Shown in pieces: positions 46,023 through 56,100 of a DNA stretch of 64,000 bases. Source of the stretch: Flectonema sp. DT1601. Its lineage: Eukaryota. Numbering within the stretch: the stretch's first letter is position 1; every line of letters starts with the position of its first letter. Both the position numbers and the translations under genes were made by a program. The notes beneath the pieces are model-generated. The model had not been told where the DNA came from and did no database searches. It saw only the letters and a list, made by a program, of their open reading frames with translations. The stretch is from the NCBI GenBank assembly GCA_964019425.1, contig OZ025804.1, forward strand, positions 434,001 through 498,000. The letters are read 5' to 3'.

Positions 46023-47884
46023 GATTGGCCAGTGTTGTTCCTGTTGGTCGCACTTGTAGTAATCTTGTTCATACCAAGATTGTTCTCAATCCTCTTGACA
46101 GCTTCTATTAGCGAAGTGATGGCTGTCGCCATGTTGTTGTTGGCTGCTTCGTTCTTTTTCGTAGTTTGCACCAGGGTTTCTACAATCCCGGTTATCTGTG
46201 CCATGCCTTCATCAAGTCGAACTTGCATGTCCTTCACTTCTTTCTGAAGACGTTCGATTGTCTCGTTCGTTTTCTCTCTCAGGCTGTTGACGTTGTTTTC
46301 TACAACCTGAACTTCGGCCGTTGGTTTCTTCGTTGTCGGGAGTGACCTCTTGACCGCGGCTGCGTACGATGTTCTAGCCTCACGGTACTTAACTACAACG
46401 GGTTTCGCTGTTTCCTTCGCCTTCACTTCTGTTTCTAACTTTTCAATGAGGATGACAATATCTCCACACTGTACAAACCTTGATTCTGGTTTCTTGTCCA
46501 GTGCGATGATAAAGTCACCTCTATCCATCCTTATGAACTTTGACTTCAGTCCTATCTCCAATAGGATATTCCGAAGTCTGTTACCCCAGCTGTAAGGTGC
46601 TCCACTGAGACGGTGAAGCCCTTCGCCAAACACTGTGGATGCATATTTACCAGCACCCTTTCTTACTTTATCAACATCCTTTTGATAAACCACCCTCAAT
46701 CCAATCTTGCCATGAATGATGGTGAGTCCATGGCAGAGGTCATGTTGGGCTTTAAGTATGCCAACTGCCTCTTCGTTTGTTGTCTTGCGGTCCAGCCACA
46801 CTGTGGTGTACTGAGTGGGTGTCTGTCCCGCCACTGATTTAATCCGGAAATAAACATTTCCTATTCCGGAGTTTCTTAAAAGTGCGACAGCTGCTTCCAC
46901 ATCGTTTGGGAGAACAGTGAGTTCTACGAAGTCTTTGCCAACGTATCTGTAGGAGCGTTGATCGACTCTTCCGTGTTGTGCCACAACAGCTTTGACAATT
47001 GCTGTTACAGCTGCCGGGTTTTGGACCTGTGACTTGGTCAACTCTTTAGTTGTTATCCACGCAATTAATTCGTGGGTCACCGGTGCGTTGATCTTCTTGG
47101 CGATCGTTAGAGTTGGCCGGTGGATCGTGCCAGACAGAGCAACGAACCACCAGCTTCTTATTTTTAATTGCCCATCGAATTGGACAGGTGTCTGTATCTG
47201 ACTGCAGTCAGTTGCGTGTTGTAGGGCACGTTTTGGAGGTGGTCGTGTGAACACCATCGTCAGTTGCTTCGTTTTACTGGCCTTTTCGAAGTAGTCTTCG
47301 TCCAGGCTTCTTGCTTGTTGAGATAATGCAAGTATAATGCCGTTGGTCTTGCTGTTGAGGGTCTCAGTTGGCTGGAGTATTTTGCATTTAAAATGCTCCT
47401 TGTTTAGCTTCGGTGGTGGTCCATTCATAATCACCGTCGATCTTCTTTGTGCCTCTTTGATTTGAGGGCTTGATTGGGGTGCCTCATTTGACGGAGGGCT
47501 TTGATCTGCTTTTAAAAATTTACTTCCATGTGCCTCGATATTTTGAGGGCTTATTTGAATTGCCTCTTTGTTTTGAGGGCTTGTCTTTGTTTGAGTTGCC
47601 TCCTTGTTTTGAGGGCTTGCTTGAAATGCTGCGGGAGGTCCTACTGCGGTCACCTCTACTGCGATTCCTTCCGGTACTTCTGGAGAGTCCATCTCCATTT
47701 CTTCCTCTGATACTTCTGGTGATTCTCCCATCACCACGTCCTCGTCTTCTTGCTGTTGGGTCTCTTCTTCTTCCCGGATCTCATTTCTGGCTTGTTCCCT
47801 CATCATCTTCGCCTCTTTCCTTTCTCTTTCTCTCCTTTCTGCAGCCCTTCTATCTTGCGGACGCATTGCTTTCTTTCCAGCCAT
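46019..47884 (-). CDS. LINE ORF1, copy C
   Basis: Translation identical to copies A and B. Confidence 0.85.
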   Translation of the reverse strand: MAGKKAMRPQDRRAAERRERERKEAKMMREQARNEIREEEETQQQEDEDVVMGESPEVSEEEMEMDSPEVPEGIAVEVTAVGPPAAFQASPQNKEATQTKTSPQNKEAIQISPQNIEAHGSKFLKADQSPPSNEAPQSSPQIKEAQRRSTVIMNGPPPKLNKEHFKCKILQPTETLNSKTNGIILALSQQARSLDEDYFEKASKTKQLTMVFTRPPPKRALQHATDCSQIQTPVQFDGQLKIRSWWFVALSGTIHRPTLTIAKKINAPVTHELIAWITTKELTKSQVQNPAAVTAIVKAVVAQHGRVDQRSYRYVGKDFVELTVLPNDVEAAVALLRNSGIGNVYFRIKSVAGQTPTQYTTVWLDRKTTNEEAVGILKAQHDLCHGLTIIHGKIGLRVVYQKDVDKVRKGAGKYASTVFGEGLHRLSGAPYSWGNRLRNILLEIGLKSKFIRMDRGDFIIALDKKPESRFVQCGDIVILIEKLETEVKAKETAKPVVVKYREARTSYAAAVKRSLPTTKKPTAEVQVVENNVNSLREKTNETIERLQKEVKDMQVRLDEGMAQITGIVETLVQTTKKNEAANNNMATAITSLIEAVKRIENNLGMNKITTSATNRNNTGQS

Positions 47885-48321
47885 TTTAATTTTTTTAAGG
47901 TTCGGAATCAATAAAGTACAGAATAAAATAAAACTGCAATAAAAGAAAAAGAAAAGAACGCAACATCACCTTCGGTGTTGTCGCAGTGTCTCATCCAACA
48001 CTCCTGTCTCCTTCTTCTCCTATTCTCCTTAAAAATTTCTCTTGAGGGCAGGCCTTCGGGCTGTTCAAGTGGTCTTTGACCACCGCTCTAGTTATATGCT
48101 CGACTCTTTGTTTTTCCTTATCGATGGTAGGAATGGTAACCGAATTAGCTTCGTGTGTCCAATTTCAAGGACGCGTGACCATTTATTTTTTTTCCGTTGC
48201 CGCTCTTCTTACGTCCTCAGGCGGAGCCTACCTATGTTTCCCGTGTTTTCCAATTTGTCAGACTTAAGTCAAAAAGAAAGTATAAAAGAAAGACAAAACA
48301 TAGAAGTGAAAAGAACAAAAA

Positions 48322-51300
48322 TTTTTTTTTTTTGAGTGCATCACGACCCGTGAGTCTGTGATGCTGATTGCGCTGTTAGGCGCGGTTGTTCTTTTTCTTT
48401 CTTTCTTTCTTACTTTCTTTGTTTTGGGGGTTGGGGGTGGGAATCCCGTAGGCTTCGTATCTCCTTTCTTTGTTTTGATAACTTAAAACTAATACTACAT
48501 AATTAATTGTCCACTTGGACGACTTCAGATGTGTTGCAATGATGCCTTCAATGTTGATATTCGAAATGTCGATGTTTTAATAATACTACCGTCCTAATAG
48601 TTGTGCCAGTCTGTCTAAGGTTGTGACAAATCCAGTCATCTGCTGTTGATTCGCAGGTAAGTAGCAGTCCTCCAGCTGGCATGCTTCCTCTCCCTTGTCA
48701 TTCATCATGTGACTGATGTATTTTTCCCTCAAGGTTTCTATACACCAATGTTCGCATATAAATAATACATGATGTGCTGTCGCCTTTCCAAGTTTACAGA
48801 AAAAGCACAGCTCGTTCAGTCCTTTGATTATCAGAGATCTACAATGTCCCACTCTAAAGCGTGACATCAGTACTTCCTCTGGTCGTGTTAGAGCTTCGAT
48901 GTACGGAGGGTGTCTTACCTCTCCCGGTCCGATCCAGTTCTCCCGTTTTCTCCGCTTGTGAAACGTCATCAATGTTCCCATGTCAAGTTGAGTGGGCAGT
49001 TGTTTAATAATAACATCTTCGTGAGGTGGATCTTCCTTCAGGCCTGCAGCGAATTTCGCCAGTTGGTCCGCTACTTCGTTGTACCGCACGTTTCTGTGTG
49101 CCGGTACATACTGCATGTTGACTTGGATTCCCTTCTTCTCCAGTTTCATTGCCAACTTCCAGATCTTTTTGTTCATTGGGGACCTTTGTTTATATGGCCC
49201 TTGTTCCAATGCCTGCATGACTGACATCGAATCAGTCAACAGGTGCGTCGTTGTTGTTAGAGATTCATGTTCATCCTCCGCCACCTGAACTAAATTTTCC
49301 AACGCCAGTTTTACTGCAATCTGCTCGGTCCTATAAGAGGAACCCGCTACTGGTATTTTATATCCAAGTAGACGCATCTTGCTTTCTTTTACTATGACCA
49401 CAGCGGCAGCCGAGTCTGTCATGTAAGTCTCGGATTTGTGTCTTATCGACCCGTCAGTGTAGACTTTCATCTCGTGAGTTGGTAGTTCAGCTTCTCGCTG
49501 TTCAGCCTCTTCCTTGTTGCTTGAATATGTGAATCTCATCGCACTAGTACTTTTCCATGGAGGGAGAGTGTAGTGTTCTGGGTTCACTTCCAGGTTGGTA
49601 ATGCTCCGGTAGTTGTCAAGTCCAGGGACACCAGAGACATAGTCTATCCAGACATTCCATCCCCATTTTGATTTTTGGTATAATTCTGAACTCCCTGTTC
49701 TCGTCAGCTTGCGAGTCGGCAGGAACGGACTCAATTTGAAACGTTCATAAGTTCTACACATCTTATACTGGATGTGTTCCTTTAGTCTTGGCGTATCGGC
49801 TTCTTTGTAAAGTCTCTGTAGTTTGGTGCTCCGCAGACATCCAGTTACCAGCCTCACTGCCCTGTTTACCAGTAATTCCAGTTGTTCGAAGCACTCTTTT
49901 GGTAACATCCAAGCAAAGCTTTCAACACCATAAAGCACCCTTGCTAACACCACCGTCACCAGTATACTAATGAGTGTCCTCTTTCTGCAGCCTATCCTAG
50001 TGAGTCTAACCAACAAGCCTAGACCCTTGGAAGCAGCTGTCATCATCTTTTGAATTTGCGACTTAAAGGTTAACTTCTCGTCATAATGTACACCCAGGTA
50101 CCGCACGGTATTCGTCTTGTGAACTTTTCGTCCAACCGCATAGGCAAATCCGTGTAGTCCGGGCCCCACTCTTTCCAGCATCTTATCTATTTCTGCCTTG
50201 TTGTGGACTTTCTTCAGTTGTGGGAAGCGGGCACTCATCTTCATTGTTTTCAGTACCGCCGGTTTGTTCGGTAGCTTGACTTTGATCTTATGTTTTGGAA
50301 CGACGTACAGGTGAGTGATGGCGAATTCTTCTTTTGAAACTACAGTTGTTGAGTTATCATCCTTCACAAGGTTACTCATTTGTTCTGCCGTGGCCACCAC
50401 ATATTTAAATGTGTGTTCCTCCGAGTATACCACTACTGGGGACTTGTCGTGAGTTCCACTTGGCCTCACGTGAATGTATTCCGTCTTGCCAGGGTTCTTA
50501 TTGATTTTGATGTGTGAGTCAAGTGCCCACCTTTCAAATATTTTGACTGCGTTGTTAACCTTGTTTTCTAAACAGCTGACAGTGCCTGCGGTTATTACTA
50601 TTCCAACATCATCTGCAAAGACAGTCGGTTCGTACATCTCTAGTTTATCTATCAAATCGTTTATGAAGATAGAGAATAACTGGGGTCCCAGCACGCTTCC
50701 TTGTGGTACTCCTACTCGAATGTTCCGGAATGCTCCCTTCACTCCATTCACCCTTGTTGAAATCTTCCTACTAGTCAAGTAGTTTTGAACCCACCGTAGA
50801 TATTTCGTTGGTAGTCCTATTTTGGACATCTTATTTAGAAGAGTTACCGGTTGAACTGCATCAAAGGCTTTTTGTAGGTCGAAGGTGATTAATATCGCTT
50901 CTTCTCCCATTGCCTTGGCACTTTTGAGTTTGTCTGTAACTATACAGAGATTTTCAATGGAATCCCGTCCTCGTTTGTAGGCTGCTTGCCTCGGATTCAT
51001 TCTGTCTTTCAACAGGTGGTGCATCCGTTCTACGACCATTCTTTCAAAGAGTTTCGAGACGGTCGAGGTTAGTGCTATCGGTCTGTACGATAGGACTTGT
51101 TTCTTGTCTTTATCAGGTTTCAGTATGGGTATTACCATTCCACTTTTCCAGCACCTGGGTACTGCTGATCGTTGCCATGAGAGGTTGAATAGTCTTAGTA
51201 GTTGCTCGAGGAAAGCTTTTGGAAGTTGTTTTAACATCGAGTTCCAGATGTGGTCAGGTCCAGGTGCCTTCTTCTCCTTTGTTTTTGAAATTTGTCGTTC

Positions 51301-52708
51301 CAGTTCAGGCATTCCAAATTCCACCGAGTTGTCATCAGGTATTCCTTGTAAGGTTGGTTCACCATCTTCGAATTTGAATTGGTCTGCGTATGTTTTGGTG
51401 AAGACATCTGCCATCTCCCGCGAGTCGGTTAATTCCTTCTCACCGTCGACAATCTTAGTAATTGAATGGTCCATCATTCTACCTTCCAGTTGTTTAACTT
51501 TTCTAAAGGCCCATCGGTAGTCCATTCCAGTCATGTCGCACTCAATGATCTTCTGTTTGATCATGTTGATACCTCTTTCAATTGCTTCTGAGTCTGTCTT
51601 ATCAGGGTCAGTCTCTGCCATTAAATCTTCCAATTCTGAATCCCTCACAGCGAAGGTACTACTTGACTTTTTGTTGTAGCCTGGGATGGCCCTACTCGCT
51701 GCTCTCAGAATCTCGTTGTTGATCCTATTAGCAAGTTTCTGCACATTCTTAATTCTTTCTAATTTGGGCGCTGCCCTTTCCAACAATATTTTATAATAAT
51801 TCCAATCGGCACAATGCCACTTCCATTTCCATGTCCCAGAACTCTCTTTTGAATATTCATCTGTTTTGATATCTTCGATTGTCAGTTTGAGTGGCAGGTG
51901 ATCGCTGCCCCATCCCTTCATGAGTTCGATTTGTGCATCTATTGAAATATCTAATGCAATTACATCCGGAGAAGCTGAGCTTTGTGGTCTTGTGTGTTGT
52001 TGAGGTTTATTTAGAATTTTAATTGTTGCTTCTAGTGACCAATCGTAGAAGCTGTTACCAGTGGTGTTCGTATTACCATTTGACCAAGTTGAATGGTGTC
52101 CATTAATGTCACCCGCAATCAATGTGCCGGGCTCTGTTTTGAACTTCCAGGTTGTTGCCTTGATTTCAGGCGGGTGGTAAACATTGTGAATTGTCAATGG
52201 CGGATTAGATTGAAGTACTACTGTTAATATCTCAGTTTGGTCATGTGAGATGTCGGGGTGTTTTAATATTAACTTATTTAAATCATTTCTGACCAGAGTG
52301 ACGAGTCCTCGATGACCTGACTTGATGGTGCTGTCTCTCCTGTGGATTGAATATCCTTCAATAGCGAAGTGTTTTTCTTTTGATAACCACGTTTCCTGCA
52401 GTAGTACTACTTCAGGCTTTTCTTCTTTCAGTGCCCAGTTCAATCGAAAGTAATTTTCTGGTTTCAGAACTGAGCGAATGTTATTTGACCAAATCACAAT
52501 CATGATTGGCCAGTGTTGTTCCTGTTGGTCGCACTTGTAGTAATCTTGTTCATACCAAGATTGTTCTCAATCCTCTTGACAGCTTCTATTAGCGAAGTGA
52601 TGGCTGTCGCCATGTTGTTGTTGGCTGCTTCGTTCTTTTTCGTAGTTTGCACCAGGGTTTCTACAATCCCGGTTATCTGTGCCATGCCTTCATCAAGTCG
52701 AACTTGCA
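48322..52708 (-). mobile_element. Tandem LINE copy D, 5'-truncated inside ORF1
   Basis: Homology stops after aagtcgaacttgca at ~52708, followed by aaaacaaag and T35. Confidence 0.95.
48586..52503 (-). CDS. LINE ORF2 polyprotein, intact, copy D
   Basis: 1305 aa, same translation as copy C. Confidence 0.93.
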   Translation of the reverse strand: MIVIWSNNIRSVLKPENYFRLNWALKEEKPEVVLLQETWLSKEKHFAIEGYSIHRRDSTIKSGHRGLVTLVRNDLNKLILKHPDISHDQTEILTVVLQSNPPLTIHNVYHPPEIKATTWKFKTEPGTLIAGDINGHHSTWSNGNTNTTGNSFYDWSLEATIKILNKPQQHTRPQSSASPDVIALDISIDAQIELMKGWGSDHLPLKLTIEDIKTDEYSKESSGTWKWKWHCADWNYYKILLERAAPKLERIKNVQKLANRINNEILRAASRAIPGYNKKSSSTFAVRDSELEDLMAETDPDKTDSEAIERGINMIKQKIIECDMTGMDYRWAFRKVKQLEGRMMDHSITKIVDGEKELTDSREMADVFTKTYADQFKFEDGEPTLQGIPDDNSVEFGMPELERQISKTKEKKAPGPDHIWNSMLKQLPKAFLEQLLRLFNLSWQRSAVPRCWKSGMVIPILKPDKDKKQVLSYRPIALTSTVSKLFERMVVERMHHLLKDRMNPRQAAYKRGRDSIENLCIVTDKLKSAKAMGEEAILITFDLQKAFDAVQPVTLLNKMSKIGLPTKYLRWVQNYLTSRKISTRVNGVKGAFRNIRVGVPQGSVLGPQLFSIFINDLIDKLEMYEPTVFADDVGIVITAGTVSCLENKVNNAVKIFERWALDSHIKINKNPGKTEYIHVRPSGTHDKSPVVVYSEEHTFKYVVATAEQMSNLVKDDNSTTVVSKEEFAITHLYVVPKHKIKVKLPNKPAVLKTMKMSARFPQLKKVHNKAEIDKMLERVGPGLHGFAYAVGRKVHKTNTVRYLGVHYDEKLTFKSQIQKMMTAASKGLGLLVRLTRIGCRKRTLISILVTVVLARVLYGVESFAWMLPKECFEQLELLVNRAVRLVTGCLRSTKLQRLYKEADTPRLKEHIQYKMCRTYERFKLSPFLPTRKLTRTGSSELYQKSKWGWNVWIDYVSGVPGLDNYRSITNLEVNPEHYTLPPWKSTSAMRFTYSSNKEEAEQREAELPTHEMKVYTDGSIRHKSETYMTDSAAAVVIVKESKMRLLGYKIPVAGSSYRTEQIAVKLALENLVQVAEDEHESLTTTTHLLTDSMSVMQALEQGPYKQRSPMNKKIWKLAMKLEKKGIQVNMQYVPAHRNVRYNEVADQLAKFAAGLKEDPPHEDVIIKQLPTQLDMGTLMTFHKRRKRENWIGPGEVRHPPYIEALTRPEEVLMSRFRVGHCRSLIIKGLNELCFFCKLGKATAHHVLFICEHWCIETLREKYISHMMNDKGEEACQLEDCYLPANQQQMTGFVTTLDRLAQLLGR

Positions 52709-52715
52709 AAAACAA

Positions 52716-52717
<2 letters not shown>

Positions 52718-52757
<40 letters not shown>

Positions 52758-52905
52758 ATAGAGAGGCAGGTAAGTGGGAGAGCAAACCCTCGGAACCAGC
52801 GATCCTTATGATGTATGAATGCGTGCTAAAAATATAAACCACATCAACAGTCTTAAGCTGGTTTTACAGGTCCCACGATTACCCGTCGCCATGGCGAAGA
52901 AAAGA
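52718..52905 (-). mobile_element. Poly(A)-tailed ~150-nt structured retroelement 3' end / SINE-like sequence, copy 2
   Basis: T35 then homolog of 27454-27604. Confidence 0.7.
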
Positions 52906-52953
52906 TAAGTAAATTATAACTCATGATGGCTCACAAGGTCACGTTTTGTTTTG

Positions 52954-52986
<33 letters not shown>

Positions 52987-53071
52987 CCCCATTTCTTTTT
53001 AACCCCCGAGTAGTATAGTAAGCTCGTTCACAGTGTTCCCTGGGCACGCATTGGTTCTTTTCTTTTGCTCA

Positions 53072-53074
<3 letters not shown>

Positions 53075-53102
<28 letters not shown>

Positions 53103-56100
53103 CCTTTCACTTTTTTTCACATGTTCCTTCTTCCTAGTCGTCGTCTTCTTCGTTACCTGAGCATGACCGTGTTAGGCTCCCTGTTCCTACTCTCCTCTTG
53201 TTTCCAAACACTTGCTTCCGCAGCCTACCTCTATTACTCCGCCGTCTCACCAGCTCTCTCGCAAAGTTCCCTAATGTCTTCGAACCCGACGACGACGCGT
53301 CTGTACTACTCAGATACAGAAGGTCCCGGTCAGCTCCAGCCGGTCCCTTCCGCGCCTTGTCATGGGCTCTCCTTCTCTTCGTCTTCGTCTTTTTCGCCTC
53401 CTTGGCGAGTTTGGCTTTCAGCGCGGCCAGATCACAGCATTGGTCGAAGTCGCATTTGCTACAGTTTACCATCAACGTACCCTTCAGTCTCTTCCTGCGG
53501 CATCTGTTGCACCACCCATTACTAGCCAAGGGTCTCCTCCTAAAGTTCCTCGGGAGCCATCTGTCTCCACACAGACACTTTCCCAGCTCAGGTGGATCTT
53601 CCGACGGTGCCGAGCATGTTGAGGTGTCATCATCGCCCGAATTCGTCACATCTGTGTCCATGCATGTCATTTCGGAGTCTGATGTCTCCGACGACACAGC
53701 TCGCTGCAGCCGCATGCCGTCCCCTGCGTGATCCTTCGCCGTCTGTTCATCCAACACGGTTCGAGGGGAACTCCCTTCCTCCAGCAGCACCGGTGTTGCA
53801 TCATCGCTCCCAGTCTTGGTTGCAAGCTTCGAGTCTTCCAGCAGATTGTTTTCCTGTTGGGCGCTTTCTGACTCTTGTGGCTCGGTTCCTTCGGCTGGCT
53901 TCTTTACTACATTAACCTCCTCCTCCTGCCGCCCCCTCTCAGCACGTGCCTCCGCCGTCGCTGTTCCCTTCTCAAATTCTGCCTGCAGGAGCTCATAGTC
54001 AGGCAGCACAGGTATCGCCTCTCCGTCAGCGAGTCGGGTCACGGTCTCTTGCTTCGAATCTTCGTGCACTTTGATTTCCTGTTGTGTGCTCTCCGATTCT
54101 TGTTGCTCGATCCCACCGGCCGACGCTGTCTCCTCCGCGTTCGACTCCGTCGGCGGTTTGTCCCGTCCCGGTTGCGAGTCAGCCCCTGTTGGTGTCTCTG
54201 CCTGTTCGGGCCCTGTGCGATGTTCGCAGTCCGGTGTCACACGTCCGCTACCCGGCTTGGGGTCCTCCTGCAGTCTGTTTTGCTGTTGGGCATTGTCCGA
54301 CCCTTGTTGCCTGGTTTCCTTGGCCTCCGCTAGGGGTGGCCCATCTGATGCAATGTGCGATGAAGGAGCTCCAGCTGGGCCGTCCATCGAGTCCCTCCGC
54401 GGGTCACTCGACTTTGTCTTCTTCAGGTCTGATGGCGAGCGTCCTCCCAATCTCCGCTTGGTCGGCCCCTGTGTTATCGCCAGTGGGCGTGTCCTTACCG
54501 CCTCCGCTACCCGGCCTCGCCGGTCGCCTAACGCGGGTCGTGGGATCATCTCTACCATGGGGAAAGACACCATTGGCTTCCTCTCTGGGATTCCTTCGGG
54601 GACTCCGTAGCACCACTCGTACGCGCTATGCCTCACCTCTCTCGGTAGATCGGCGATCTTCAGGGAGATCCCCGCCCCACTCGCCTTCTGGACCATGCCC
54701 TCCACCTGTGTCCATTCCCCCTCTTCCCAGCCCCCCAAAGGCCCGTACGCCTGGACGTCGCCCAGCTTGCCGAGGACTCCACAGCTCGACAAGATATCAC
54801 GCACTGCCCTCATGAGGACGAGCATCGCTGGGTCCCCCGCTCCCTCCAAGCGGTTGAAACTCCATTGTTTCAGCATCGCACCACCTCCGCTCTCCAGCAA
54901 GTATGCTCTATTCATCCCCGCAAAAAAGAGGTACGCCACGGAGCACGGTCCCCGCAGCCTCTGGGACTGCGAGTGTTCCACGCGTTTTGCTACCCCTCCA
55001 GGAAACGAGTGTACCTGTAACGAGGCCTCGCTCCACGTCGCGTAGCATCCCGGTCGCCTCCCTCGCGACACCACGTACCACTCCATGCTCTGGGCCAGTC
55101 CAGATAGGGTTGCCTGCCGGTGTCCCGGGTCCGTTCCCCGTATGAACGCATCCGCCTCCACCATGGTGTTGAACCCTTTGAACACCGCACAGCGCAACCC
55201 CGTCACCAGCGGCTCCGCTTCACCCCAGCTGGTGACTACACCGGACCCATTCCTCCCATTCGCGATGGCGTAGAATTTGAATCTTCCCGCTGACTCGCGC
55301 ACTTTGCTCCCGGGGGCAGGCATCGTCAGCGCTGTCTCATTCGGTTCCAGGTCGCCTCCACTGTTGCTCCGCCGTGGGGCTTTCCGTCCCTTCAGCCTCC
55401 TCAGCAGCATGAAGTGAGGTGTCGATGCCTGTACCTCCCGCCACGAAGCCGTCCTCTCCACTCGGTCGTTCTGGTGTAGCCATCGGCCCTCCTCATCACA
55501 TGTGAAAGAGACGTAGTGGCCTACCCCAGATATCCCCTGGTGGACCACCACTGCGCCCAGCTCATACCATGTGGCACCGTCTCGCGGTTCCAGTAAGACT
55601 TTCTCACTTAGAGGAATTCGCGGGAGTGCTCCTGGTCGTCCCGCTACACACAGGATCAGTATCTCCGGCGCGGCCACCAGTTCCGTCCTCCTCGTTGAGT
55701 GCCCTCTCTCCCCGCATGAATCACATACATAGTCCGTCACCCTTACGGAGAGCCAGAGGTTCGACAACGCCTCCTGTATCTCCGCGGCTCGATGCACGAA
55801 CAGCCCACGCTCTTCCTGCGGCATCGATTTCTCGTTCAGGCAGCGGGCACACGACGTCGTCACAACCATCCCACAGGCGAACATCCTCGAGAACGGACTC
55901 GCGGCTCCTGCTCTTCTCTGGATGTCGTCCACTAGGTGCAGTAGCAACTCATGCGCGTCCTGCTGCCCTCTTCCGTCACCTCGCCGTGTTAACCCCGCCA
56001 TCACCCTGCCCAGAGGTACCATCTGGCTCACGGCTCGTCCACTTCCTTCCGCTATCCCTGCTAGGATGCAAATCGTGCACAGCCGGTCGCACACGTGCGG

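Larger units (their letters stand above)
41841..48321 (-). mobile_element. Tandem LINE copy C, fully intact (6481 nt); I-group/Ingi-like architecture
   Basis: ORF1 + ORF2 (APE-RT-RNase H-finger), 3' stem-loop, A12 tail. Confidence 0.95.

Noticed and set aside
52790..52875. Resemblance of the 150-nt motif to 7SL/Alu (cctgta..ccagct, aggatcgct) or to an HDV ribozyme
   Set aside because: Matches are short, spacing differs, the first is not kept in the 27.5-kb copy, and HDV P1/P2/P3 pairings cannot be built
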